DNA of 64,000 nucleotides from an uncultured Nitrospiraceae bacterium (GCA_963730935.1 CAVSTP010000004.1:1120001-1184000), one strand, 5' to 3'; positions 1 through 9,701 are shown, numbered from the stretch's first letter. Program-made: numbers and translations. The notes: a model not told the origin generated them from the sequence alone.

Positions 1-2085
1 GCAGGCACAGTGACGATTGCGGCCACAGGGGCAACTAATACCCCTCAAGCCATCGCCGTCACACTCTCGGTCACCGCGGTCCCTACCCCTACGGTTGGTT
101 TGAGCGCGACGAGTTTATCTTTCACGGCCATACAAGGCGGCAACAATCCAAGCACTCAAACGTTCACGATCAGCAATACAGGCGCTGGCACTCTGAACTG
201 GTCGGTTATAGAAAATGCGGCTTGGTTGACCCCCAGCGTTCTGAGTGGAACCGGCGCTGGTTCTGTGACGTTGACTGTCAACATAGCGGGAATGTCGGCA
301 GGAACCTACACAACACCTTTGACGGTTGCGGCGACGGGCGCGACAAACACGCCACAAACCGTCGCGGTGACTCTCACACTCACCGCACCATTGATTCCGA
401 CTATCGGTCTTGCACCAACCAGCCTGAGCTTTTCGACGACTCAGGGCGGCACCAGTCCCTCGGCTCAAACTGTGAGCATTAACAACTCAGGCACCGGAAC
501 CCTAAGTTGGAACGCCACGAGCACTGCCTCTTGGCTCTCGGTTTCTCCAGCGTCTGGCACCGGTCCAGGTTCGCTCGCTGCAACCGCCAACGTGACGGGA
601 CTTTCAGCCGGAACATACACAGCCTCAATCACAGTCACAGGAACCGGTGCAACCAATTCACCACAGTCGATCCCTGTCTCATTGACCGTCGCAGCCCCCG
701 CACCAACGTTGACGATCGGCTCTTCGAGTTTGACCTTCACCGGTACGCAGGGTGCAACTAACCCAGCCGCCCAATCGCTGTCGATCACATCGAACGCGTC
801 GTGGACCGTCACGGAGGCGGTCAGCTGGCTTACAGTGAGCCCCGCCAGCGGCTCGAATAACGGCACCCTCACCGTCGCCGTAGATACGGCCACGGCCGCA
901 GTCGGCAGCAACACCGGCGCGATCACCGTGACCGGTGGCGGACTGACCCGCACCGTCAACGTCACGCTCACGCTCAATGCCGCTGCACCAACGTTGACGA
1001 TCGGCTCTTCGAGTTTGACCTTCACCGGTACGCAGGGTGCAACTAACCCAGCCGCCCAATCGCTGTCGATCACATCGAACGCGTCGTGGACCGTCACGGA
1101 GGCGGTCAGCTGGCTTACAGTGAGCCCCGCCAGCGGCTCGAATAACGGCACCCTCACCGTCGCCGTAGATACGGCCACGGCCGCAGTCGGCAGCAACACC
1201 GGCGCGATCACCGTGACCGGTGGCGGACTGACCCGCACCGTCAACGTCACGCTCACGCTCAATGCCGCTGCACCAACGTTGACGATCGGCTCTTCGAGTT
1301 TGACCTTCACCGGTACGCAGGGTGCAACTAACCCAGCCGCCCAATCGCTGTCGATCACATCGAACGCGTCGTGGACCGTCACGGAGGCGGTCAGCTGGCT
1401 TACAGTGAGCCCCGCCAGCGGCTCGAATAACGGCACCCTCACCGTCGCCGTAGATACGGCCACGGCCGCAGTCGGCAGCAACACCGGCGCGATCACCGTG
1501 ACCGGTGGCGGACTGACCCGCACCGTCAACGTCACGCTCACGCTGGCCGCAGCGCCTACGACGCTCAACGTCAGCCCGAGCAGTCTGACCTTCACTGCAA
1601 CTCAAGGCGCCGCCAATCCAGCCACCCAAGCGCTCGCTATTACTTCGAATACCAGTTGGAGCGTCAGTGAAAACGCCAGTTGGCTGACGGTCAATCCTCT
1701 CACGGCCTCAAACAACAGCACCCTTACGGTCAGCGTGAACACAGCAACGGCATCGGTAGGGACAAACAGCGCGACTATTACCCTTACAGGTGGAGGCACG
1801 ACAAGGACGGTCGGCGTCACGTTGACCCTCAATCCGACATCGACCTCGTCAGCTAACCTCACGTGGGACCCAAATACCGATCTGGATCTGGCTTCGTACA
1901 GGGTCTATCAGTCCACGACCCCAGGCGTATATGGAACGGCGATCGCCACCGTGCCGGCTGCGGGTTTCACCTACACAGTGACAGGCTTAACCATGGGAAC
2001 TACCTACTATTTCCGAATCACGGCGGTTGATTCCGCAGGCAATGAGAGCTTGCCGTCAAACGAGGTCAGCAAGAGCGTCTTTTGA
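1..2085 (+). CDS. Thr/Ser-rich surface protein with tandem BACON-like Ig repeats and a C-terminal fibronectin type III domain (5' partial)
   Basis: Frame is open from base 1. Repeats of about 95 aa with pattern 'LSF.A.QG..NP..Q...I....W.V.....WL.V.P.SG'. C-terminal FN3 motif 'LTWDPN..DLASYRVY...TYYFRITAVDSAGNES..SNEV'. Confidence 0.85.
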   Translation, partial: AGTVTIAATGATNTPQAIAVTLSVTAVPTPTVGLSATSLSFTAIQGGNNPSTQTFTISNTGAGTLNWSVIENAAWLTPSVLSGTGAGSVTLTVNIAGMSAGTYTTPLTVAATGATNTPQTVAVTLTLTAPLIPTIGLAPTSLSFSTTQGGTSPSAQTVSINNSGTGTLSWNATSTASWLSVSPASGTGPGSLAATANVTGLSAGTYTASITVTGTGATNSPQSIPVSLTVAAPAPTLTIGSSSLTFTGTQGATNPAAQSLSITSNASWTVTEAVSWLTVSPASGSNNGTLTVAVDTATAAVGSNTGAITVTGGGLTRTVNVTLTLNAAAPTLTIGSSSLTFTGTQGATNPAAQSLSITSNASWTVTEAVSWLTVSPASGSNNGTLTVAVDTATAAVGSNTGAITVTGGGLTRTVNVTLTLNAAAPTLTIGSSSLTFTGTQGATNPAAQSLSITSNASWTVTEAVSWLTVSPASGSNNGTLTVAVDTATAAVGSNTGAITVTGGGLTRTVNVTLTLAAAPTTLNVSPSSLTFTATQGAANPATQALAITSNTSWSVSENASWLTVNPLTASNNSTLTVSVNTATASVGTNSATITLTGGGTTRTVGVTLTLNPTSTSSANLTWDPNTDLDLASYRVYQSTTPGVYGTAIATVPAAGFTYTVTGLTMGTTYYFRITAVDSAGNESLPSNEVSKSVF
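700..1544 (+). repeat. Three apparently identical 285-bp intragenic tandem repeats (95 codons each)
   Basis: GCACCAACGTTGACGATCGGCTCTTCG... starts at 700, 985 and 1270; identity ends at about 1544. Confidence 0.95.
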
Positions 2086-2434
2086 TCAGACGCTCACCTT
2101 TATTGGCGGGAGATATTAGGCCTTCTCTTGAGGATGGTCCGACTTGGTTTTTTTCAAACCGCAACGAGCCAACATTTGGCAGAGTGTCGGCCGGCTCACG
2201 CCGAGGGATGCGGCTGCTCGAGTCACATTGCCTTCGGCCTTTTCCTGCCCATTCTCAGGAGGCCGAATGCAGTTGCGATGTCCGTCACACCTCACCGCGC
2301 ACTATTGGTTAGAACCTCGGTCGTTGTTCAACTCTTGGCAGCACTCTTCTCTCATTGCATCAGCGTGTATCAGCTTCGAGGTGCATGAGCTCTTAGCACA
2401 CCAGAAAAATGCAGTCGAATAGCACTCCTCCAAG

Positions 2435-4735
2435 TCAGACGCGTTGCCGACTCTCTATCATCGTGTAATCGTTCATATAATAGGGTAAAGACTGATTCGC
2501 CACAGCATTAAGAATCACTTGAATCGGTTTGGATCCTCTGAGTGAACCTAAAGCGCGTCTCACGACTTGTTGTGACGTTTGATTTGCTCTGACCACCAGA
2601 AGTAACAAGTCCACATGCCGTTCCAACACATTCATGGTGGCAACAGGAAGAATCGGTGGAGCGTTCAGAAGGACGTAATCGAATTTTTCCCGCATCTGCG
2701 CAAACACCCACTCGAGCCGATCGGTGTTCTTTAACAGCTCAGTGGGATCGGCCTCAGCCATCCCCGCCGGCATAATCCAGCATGGGATTTCCGCGAAGGA
2801 GGCTGTAGCAGCTTCAAGATTGCAATCCCCTCGCAGATAATCAATCAAGCCATATTGTGTCGGTCTTTCAAGAAAGCACTTCAGCTCTGGATAGACAAAA
2901 TCGCAATCGACCACAAGCACTCGCTTCCCGAAATCGCGAGCGAGCGTGTACCCTAGATTGATGACTGTTGTTGTTTTTCCCTCACCTTTAATCGCACTGG
3001 TCACCACCGCCACACCGGCCCCCCCACTGCTCAACTGTAGACGCGCGGCGGCAACGCGATACTGCTCAGCAGCCATGGAACGAGGGAACAACTTCGCGAC
3101 AAACCGCCGATCGTTTCCATAAGAATGAGCCGCATAGTTCTGAAGGCGATTACCGATTGCGCTATCCTCCGTTGCAGCATCCATCTCATCCGCGAGACTT
3201 CCCAGTCGCCTCGGTAGGTATGCACTGGAGAAATTGCGTCTGGCCTTTACCGGATTCCAGAGAAACGCAAAATCCGGAATGGCTGCGAGTAACTGTGGCC
3301 CAATGGCGACTTCCACATCCTCTGCCCGGCGGAACTGAGGCGTAAGCCGTTCTCGCAAAACCGACAGTCCCACACCGAGCACACATCCGAACAGCAGACC
3401 TAATACCAACACCCTCGGTTTATTCGGTTTGACAGGGTTCCGCGAAAGTCCAGGTACATCTAGGATGCGGTATTTTCCGCTCTTTTGCTGTTTTCCCAAA
3501 TTCCCCGTCACACGCGCATGGAGCCGTTTGTCCAACAGCATGGCGTAATTGCCCTTCATGTTCATGTAGTCGCGTTCCAACGTCAGCAATTCCTGTTCCA
3601 CTCCAGGAGATCTCTCAATACGTTTTTCATGAGATTTCTTTTCGGCGTAAAGCATCTGCTGCCGACGCTTCAAGAGATTCACCTCGTTCTTGCTCTCAGT
3701 CTGAAGTTTCGTCAAATCTTGAATATAGGGATCGTTGACCGACTTATCGGGCCTGATGGCATCGGGACCACTCAATTCGATCAATTCGGCTTCGACTTGG
3801 CGCAATTCCTCCTTCGTCACCAGAACCTCAGGATACTCGTCATAGAATTCTGCCTTGAGCTTAAGTAACTTTTCTCTGAGCTCTTTGTGCCGGCGGAAAA
3901 GCGGGTCGGCCTCGATCGAGGTGGTTTTCAGCGAAGGAATTTGGCGGCCGTATACTCGGTAGTCGTGCACAGCGTTATCGAGGATAGTCAATTTGTCAGT
4001 TTGCCGCTGGATATTCTCATTGACGGTATTGATTTCGATGTCCAAACGGTCCAGCGCACGAAGGTTCGCATCCGTTTGCTGTGGAAGTTCTCCGATGTGG
4101 ACGGTTTTGAACTGGCTAATTTGCTCTTCTTTCTTCTCCAATTCGAGCTTCAATCTCTGCAACTCATCATCGAGGAAGTCCACGGTACCCTCGACATCCT
4201 TTTCACGTTCCCTGCTGTTTTCCTGAATGAATTTGTCGGCGATGCGAGCAGTCACTTTCATCGCTGTCATGGGATCGGGATGTATGAAAGACACCGTAAA
4301 GGCCTCGACGCCGGTGAGGCCGGCCGAAGGGTCCATCTTGACCCTCTCAACGAGGGTAGACCCAGCCAGTGTTAAAACGGCGGCGTTCTCATCTCCTTCT
4401 TCTCGTAGTTCGGGGTATAAATTGAATTCCTTTGCGATAGAATTCAAGAAGTTCAGACTCATAATCTGCCGCTGAACCAAAAACAATTGCTGCTCAAACT
4501 TATCCTCTACCGTTTTTTGAACCACGCTCTCAAATAGCTTCGGCTCCTCGACCACGAGCAATGCTTCCGACCGGTAATACTTGGTAGCGATAAGACAATA
4601 ACTCCATGCCAGCGCTGCGCAGACGGCAATGCAGCCCAAAATAAGCCATTTGCTTCGCTGTGCGATTCCAAGGTACTCGTGCATAATGGCTGTGCCCGAC
4701 TGTTCCGCTCGCGGGGCCGGCATGATGGGATTCAT
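2435..4735 (-). CDS. wzc: Wzc-like polysaccharide co-polymerase fused to a BY-kinase domain
   Basis: Two TM segments flank a coiled-coil region. Walker A 'SAIKGEGKTT', A' 'VLVVDCD', Walker B-like 'YVLLNAPP', Tyr-rich tail 'PYYMNDY'. Confidence 0.88.
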   Translation of the reverse strand: MNPIMPAPRAEQSGTAIMHEYLGIAQRSKWLILGCIAVCAALAWSYCLIATKYYRSEALLVVEEPKLFESVVQKTVEDKFEQQLFLVQRQIMSLNFLNSIAKEFNLYPELREEGDENAAVLTLAGSTLVERVKMDPSAGLTGVEAFTVSFIHPDPMTAMKVTARIADKFIQENSREREKDVEGTVDFLDDELQRLKLELEKKEEQISQFKTVHIGELPQQTDANLRALDRLDIEINTVNENIQRQTDKLTILDNAVHDYRVYGRQIPSLKTTSIEADPLFRRHKELREKLLKLKAEFYDEYPEVLVTKEELRQVEAELIELSGPDAIRPDKSVNDPYIQDLTKLQTESKNEVNLLKRRQQMLYAEKKSHEKRIERSPGVEQELLTLERDYMNMKGNYAMLLDKRLHARVTGNLGKQQKSGKYRILDVPGLSRNPVKPNKPRVLVLGLLFGCVLGVGLSVLRERLTPQFRRAEDVEVAIGPQLLAAIPDFAFLWNPVKARRNFSSAYLPRRLGSLADEMDAATEDSAIGNRLQNYAAHSYGNDRRFVAKLFPRSMAAEQYRVAAARLQLSSGGAGVAVVTSAIKGEGKTTTVINLGYTLARDFGKRVLVVDCDFVYPELKCFLERPTQYGLIDYLRGDCNLEAATASFAEIPCWIMPAGMAEADPTELLKNTDRLEWVFAQMREKFDYVLLNAPPILPVATMNVLERHVDLLLLVVRANQTSQQVVRRALGSLRGSKPIQVILNAVANQSLPYYMNDYTMIESRQRV

Positions 4736-4820
4736 TCATTTCCTCCGAATGTGTTGCAGGACTGATACCTATTGGTCGACATTATCATAAACCAGACTTC
4801 CCATAGCTACGAATACTGAC

Positions 4821-7388
4821 CTAACGAACGACTCCCTCGTCAATTGCGTCTAGCCCGCTCGGCAACATCGCAGTCTCGGAATGCCCCATTGGGCTGAAAC
4901 TCGGCACAATGTCCTTGAGGCGGGCAACGACCGTACCTGGCTTGTCAAGGTAAGCTGCTGCTTCCAACGCAATCAACTGTTTCTTGAACCATTCGAATCC
5001 AGGCAGACATGTAGAGCGAATCTGCAAGATTTTTTCCAGAGACGAGGCCACGGCAAGCTCTCCTTCACCGACGAGCTCTTCTTGAAGTTTCTCCCCTCCA
5101 CGTAATCCGACAAACCGAATAGGAATGTCCTTTCCGGCCACGAACCCAGACAATCTGATCAGGTTTCTAGCCAGGTCGAGAACCTTGATCTGCTCGCCCA
5201 TGTCCAAAATATAGATTCCGCCTTGTTCGCCGATCGTCGCGGCTTGGAGAACCAACTGAACTGCCTCAGGAATCAACATGAAATATCTTTGGATCTCGGG
5301 ATGGGTGACGGTGACCGGCCCCCCTGCCTTGATTTGCTCTTGGAAACGTAAGAGCACGCTTCCACTGCTGCCCAGCACATTGCCGAAGCGCACGGTGAGA
5401 AACCGGGTTCGACTGTGTCTTGCGATATCTTGGACAATGAGTTCGGCAACCCGCTTGGTTGCGCCCATCACGCTTGAAGGATTGACCGCCTTGTCAGTGG
5501 AGATTTGGACAAACTGTTCAACCCCATATTTGTTGGCAGTCTCCGCAGTAATGCGCGTACCGATGCAGTTGTTCTTTAGCGCTTCCGCTGGATTCTGCTC
5601 GACAAGCGGCACGTGTTTATGAGCCGCGGCGTGAAACAGGATCTGCGGACGATGCTCATCCATCACCATCGAGAGCCGGAGCACATCCGTGACATCACCA
5701 ATGATGGGAATAAGCGGGAATCGAAATCCCTTATCTTCCAGCTCCTTGTGAATGGTGTACAAACTGTTTTCGTGACGCTCATAGAGCAAAAGCGCACGAG
5801 GCTCCAACGAACTGATTTGACGTGCCAGCTCAGAACCGATCGAGCCACCGGCTCCCGTAATCAAGACACATTTACCGCGAACCATGTCCCGTGTAGCATC
5901 AAAGGCGAGATTCACTGGTACGCGCGGAAGCAGATCGGGAAGAGAGATGTTTCGAATCTGGCTCAGCGTGCTCTGGCCTACCAGCAAGTCCTCCGCTCCT
6001 GGCAACGTCTTTATAGAGACCTCATAGGGCTCCAGCTGTGTGATAAGATCTCTCAAGAAAGCAGGTGTCGCTTTGGGAACAGCAACCACCACTTCCTCGG
6101 GCTTGTATTCCTCTACGAGTCTGGGAAGGTCACCCAGGGTTCCCAATACCCTCACACCATGAATACGCTTGTTCACGAGGGAAACCTGGTCATCCACAAA
6201 TCCGATAGGTTGGCAATTGTATTCTGGGCGAGTCTTCATCTCTCGCACGACACGTTCACCAGTATCGCCGGCGCCCACCACGAGCACCTTTTTTCTCTTG
6301 CGATAGATCATTTGTTCACGGAAGATCCGGGAAGGTAATCTCACTCCCGTAAGAAATCCGATCAACAAAAGACTGTCAATCACGAAAATAGAGCGCGGGT
6401 AACCCCCGATCTCCATTCCCCAGTTGACCCAGCCATAGAATACCACTGTGCTTGTTAAGACCCCGCTCACGATGTTCTGCAGGTCCCAAATACTGGTATA
6501 TCTCCAAAGCCCGGCATGCAGACCGAAAATACTAAATGCGACCGCGCGGATCCCAATCAGTGGGAGGATCGTTGCTTGGAGCTGTTCGATTTCCTGCGAC
6601 GATAATTTCCCATCGAATCTCAAAACAAAAGCCAGGTAATTGGCCGCGCCAATAAGGGCCACATCAAGCAATACGATCATCGGCCGTCGCCACTTGAGGA
6701 TGAATGACGAGATGCGGGCCCAGGGAAAGGCCGATGGCGACTTCGATGGCGACTTCGGTGCAACCCGCAGATCCGGGATCTCACAAGCGACATACGACGA
6801 GTTCACCATGCGAAGCAGTGTTTGAACGAGAATGGCGAAATCCAGTCGGAAGGACATGTGCTCAACGTAGAGTTTTGCCAACCGGAGCTTTTCCGGAAGA
6901 ATCTTCGTTTGATAGGCCTCTTCCGGGTTCGAAAAACGTGCAAGGACGGCCGACTCGTTGATGTACTTTACGGACGCAAAATCAGTAAGTCCGGGCCGAA
7001 CCACGAGAACGTCGGCAAATTCAGAGCGCAAGGGCTCCACATACCGCGGCACTTCTGGCCTTGGTCCCACGAGACTCATATCGCCGATTAGCACGTTCAC
7101 CAGCTGGGGGAGTTCGTCAAGCTTGAGCTTGCGCAAGATTTTTCCAACTCTCGTCACACGAGCGTCACGTCCAATCGTCAGCAGCGAACCTTGGGTAGAA
7201 ACTTTGTGCAGCATGGTTCGAAACTTGTACATTTTGAACGGACTCATGCCCCTGCCCACTCGCACTTGTCGAAAGATCACAGGTCCATGTGAATCCAGCT
7301 TGATCAGGAGTGAGATGAATACAAGGAGTGGCAAAGTGATCAGTAATCCAAGTGAAGCCACGGTGACATCAAACGCCCGCTTCATCAT
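4821..7388 (-). CDS. Fusion of a monotopic phosphoglycosyltransferase (PglC/WcaJ-type) and a CapD/PglF-type UDP-GlcNAc 4,6-dehydratase
   Basis: N-terminus 'KRAFD...KFRTM...KLDELPQL.NVL.GDMSLVGPRP'. C-terminus has TM helices, then 'TGAGGSIGSEL', 'HAAAHKHVP', 'STDKAVNP..VMGATK', 'VRFGNVLGSSGSV'. One uninterrupted 855-aa ORF. Confidence 0.9.
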   Translation of the reverse strand: MMKRAFDVTVASLGLLITLPLLVFISLLIKLDSHGPVIFRQVRVGRGMSPFKMYKFRTMLHKVSTQGSLLTIGRDARVTRVGKILRKLKLDELPQLVNVLIGDMSLVGPRPEVPRYVEPLRSEFADVLVVRPGLTDFASVKYINESAVLARFSNPEEAYQTKILPEKLRLAKLYVEHMSFRLDFAILVQTLLRMVNSSYVACEIPDLRVAPKSPSKSPSAFPWARISSFILKWRRPMIVLLDVALIGAANYLAFVLRFDGKLSSQEIEQLQATILPLIGIRAVAFSIFGLHAGLWRYTSIWDLQNIVSGVLTSTVVFYGWVNWGMEIGGYPRSIFVIDSLLLIGFLTGVRLPSRIFREQMIYRKRKKVLVVGAGDTGERVVREMKTRPEYNCQPIGFVDDQVSLVNKRIHGVRVLGTLGDLPRLVEEYKPEEVVVAVPKATPAFLRDLITQLEPYEVSIKTLPGAEDLLVGQSTLSQIRNISLPDLLPRVPVNLAFDATRDMVRGKCVLITGAGGSIGSELARQISSLEPRALLLYERHENSLYTIHKELEDKGFRFPLIPIIGDVTDVLRLSMVMDEHRPQILFHAAAHKHVPLVEQNPAEALKNNCIGTRITAETANKYGVEQFVQISTDKAVNPSSVMGATKRVAELIVQDIARHSRTRFLTVRFGNVLGSSGSVLLRFQEQIKAGGPVTVTHPEIQRYFMLIPEAVQLVLQAATIGEQGGIYILDMGEQIKVLDLARNLIRLSGFVAGKDIPIRFVGLRGGEKLQEELVGEGELAVASSLEKILQIRSTCLPGFEWFKKQLIALEAAAYLDKPGTVVARLKDIVPSFSPMGHSETAMLPSGLDAIDEGVVR

Positions 7389-8545
7389 CTTCTGCTCTCC
7401 TTGACAAGGTTTCTCACGATCTCAATCACCCGTGCAACATCAGCTTCCGCCATCTTGGAGTACAACGGCAATGAAAGTACGCGTTGAAACAATTTACTCG
7501 CTACAGGAAAGTCATCTGGCCGATAACCACACGTGTCACGATAGTAGGGATGAAGGTGAAGAGGAATGAAATGGACACTGCACCCGATACCGGCCTGCTG
7601 AAGTCGACGTATGAACTCATTGCGGGTAATGCGCAAACGATCCAGATCCAACTGAATCACATAAAGATGCCAGGCATGTTGCACATTAGAGGAGGCATGC
7701 GGGCAAACAATTTCGGGCAAATCACAAAATCCCTCCTGATAGAGGGCGGCATACCGTTCTCGCGTCTTCCAGAAACGGTCACACTTTTTCAGTTGTGCAA
7801 GCCCAAGCGCGGCAGCGATATCGGTGAGGTTGTATTTAAACCCCGGAGAGAGAATCTCATAGTACCAAGATCCTTCCGCAGAATAGCGGTTCCAGGCATC
7901 GCGACTCAGGCCATGTAGGCTCATCATACGCACTCGCGCCGCATACTCTGGGTTATCAGTCGTAATCATGCCGCCTTCGCCTGTGGTGATGTTTTTCGTT
8001 GCATAGAATGAGAAGCACGTGCTCTCGCCGATGCTTCCGACGGTCTTTCCGTTATATCGAGCTGGAAGTGCGTGGGCGGCATCTTCTATGACCCGCAAAT
8101 CATGAGCATGGGCGATTGATAAAATTTGATCCATATCGCAAGGATGCCCCGCAAAATGGACAGGAATGATCGCCTTGGTTCTATCGGTGATAGCCTGCTC
8201 TAACCGGCTGGTGTCCAGATTCAGTGTGTCGTCGGCACAATCAACGAGCACTGGCTTGGCCTTAAAGTAGGTCACAACCTCTGCGGTTGCCGCAAAGGTC
8301 ATGGTCGGAACAAGGACCTCATCTCCTTCACGGACCCCTGCAGCTTCAAGCGCAAGATGGAGGGCAGCCGTGCAAGAGTTCACCGCGATTGCATGCTTAG
8401 CCCCCACCACAGCGGCAAATTCCAGTTCAAAATCCCTCGCCTTGGGTCCGGTCGTCAACCACCCAGACCGCAGAACATCAAGGACTTCGGTGATTTCTTC
8501 ATCCCCTATGTCAGGTACGTGGAAGGGAAGCATTTTTTGATCCAT
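7385..8545 (-). CDS. DegT/DnrJ/EryC1/StrS nucleotide-sugar aminotransferase
   Basis: 'SGWLTTGP', 'VIEDAAHA', 'FSFYATKNITTGEGG' (PLP lysine). Start moved to ATG 8545 (MDQKMLPF). Confidence 0.92.
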   Translation of the reverse strand: MDQKMLPFHVPDIGDEEITEVLDVLRSGWLTTGPKARDFELEFAAVVGAKHAIAVNSCTAALHLALEAAGVREGDEVLVPTMTFAATAEVVTYFKAKPVLVDCADDTLNLDTSRLEQAITDRTKAIIPVHFAGHPCDMDQILSIAHAHDLRVIEDAAHALPARYNGKTVGSIGESTCFSFYATKNITTGEGGMITTDNPEYAARVRMMSLHGLSRDAWNRYSAEGSWYYEILSPGFKYNLTDIAAALGLAQLKKCDRFWKTRERYAALYQEGFCDLPEIVCPHASSNVQHAWHLYVIQLDLDRLRITRNEFIRRLQQAGIGCSVHFIPLHLHPYYRDTCGYRPDDFPVASKLFQRVLSLPLYSKMAEADVARVIEIVRNLVKESRR

Positions 8546-8623
8546 CAAAATGCCCGTAACTGTTGATAGACGTGTTGTTTTGATTGCATTAGAATCCGTC
8601 AAAATCGCACAAAGCACAACCCA

Positions 8624-8653
8624 CCTTTGGAGGGGGCGGAGCCCCCACAAAGG
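8624..8653 (-). terminator. GC-rich stem-loop upstream of the DegT gene (terminator or attenuator candidate)
   Basis: Minus strand reads CCTTTG-T-GGGGGC-TCC-GCCCCC-TC-CAAAGG; the following U-tract is weak. Confidence 0.4.
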
Positions 8654-8888
8654 CCGACTAGAATGAACCCGAGTTGGATCTTTTGGCTAGAAATTGGGCG
8701 AAAGGCGAGGTCTGGCGGGTATTTGAGCGGTCAGAGGATAACGGACACAGGGGTGACGGAGGGGACCTGAAGGACTTTGGTGAAGTCGGACAGCCGACAA
8801 TAACTCAACGGACCAGGGGCTAGAACCTTAACGTACGCTTTCACCTGTCGTGACGGGGAACAACGCATCAGGTTTCTGCCCTCTACTC

Positions 8889-9401
8889 TTATCCACTCTC
8901 GAGGCTCGGTCGGTCTCCCACGGCGGTTGTGGAGTGATGAGATGCGTCGCCTTCGAGTGGTTGTTCCGACTCCACGGTCAGATCAGCCTCCGAACCCTTG
9001 AGTTTGGATTGACCCTCCATTAATTTTGTCCAAGCCAGACGCGCTGACTGAGTGGACAAACCATGCCGTTGCCAGACGTAGCGCACCATAGTGGGCGTGA
9101 CGTTGCCTCCCTCAGATCTCATCTCTCCAGCAAGCCTGACGTAACTAATGAACGGGCACTTCCGCGTTTGTAAGAGAATTTGTTCTTCCAACTGAGCCGG
9201 TGTGCGATTGGGCATCTCAGGCTTTCGACGAACCCGTGGCGCCAAGCCTTCCCTGCCGTAGAGCTCGTAGGCCTTCTTCATCGCATAGAACTGCGATCGG
9301 CTTACGCCGGCAAGCTTGCATGCCTTGGCGGTGTTCCTCAGTTCGGCCGCCATCGCAAGAATTCCAAGTCGGGCACGAATGAGTTGATCCCGCGTCGTCA
9401 T
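8889..9401 (-). CDS. Helix-turn-helix protein resembling the N-terminal DNA-binding region of IS481-family transposases, without a DDE domain
   Basis: 'RARLGILAMAAELRNTAKACKLAGVSRSQFY...GREGL...PNRT...VRYVWQRHGL'. GAGGT RBS before ATG 9401. Ends in an acidic low-complexity tail. Confidence 0.75.
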   Translation of the reverse strand: MTTRDQLIRARLGILAMAAELRNTAKACKLAGVSRSQFYAMKKAYELYGREGLAPRVRRKPEMPNRTPAQLEEQILLQTRKCPFISYVRLAGEMRSEGGNVTPTMVRYVWQRHGLSTQSARLAWTKLMEGQSKLKGSEADLTVESEQPLEGDASHHSTTAVGDRPSLESG

Positions 9402-9701
9402 CTGATACCTCACAGAGCGTGGAACGTGTAGTTAGGACTTAGGGGGCGTTCGCAGACTAAAACCGAAGGGCGAAAGATCGGAACAGAGATCTGGCTCCAG
9501 CGAACAGATTGAGAAATCTGGAGTTAACACAGAGGGTCACAGCGACCCCATCAACCTCGCCCGCCTTCCGATGATTGTACATGCCGCATGCAATCCCCTC
9601 TCTTTAGAGCAGTTGTGGCTCGTTGGCGGAGCACCCCTGCCCGCGCGTCGCAATCGGTACAGTCGTCAGCGTAAAAATCAGATAGAGTTGTAGGATCGCA
9701 A

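Noticed and set aside
700..1544. Possible CRISPR or non-coding repeat array
   Set aside because: The 285-bp units are in-frame protein domains with no spacers.
465..1629. Long antisense ORFs (376 and 316 aa)
   Set aside because: Shadows of the repetitive, codon-biased BACON gene.
2082..2434. Small ORFs between the BACON gene and wzc
   Set aside because: Overlapping short frames with no motif or clear RBS; treated as intergenic.
8731..8868. Short minus-strand ORF considered as a lasso/RiPP precursor for the AsnB-like enzymes
   Set aside because: No convincing leader motif or RBS, and no lasso peptidase or RRE gene in the window.
8871..8881. 11-bp match GGTTTCTGCCC also at about 54027
   Set aside because: A match this short is expected by chance in 64 kb.
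8889..9413. Active IS481 element
   Set aside because: No integrase core, terminal repeats or target duplication seen.
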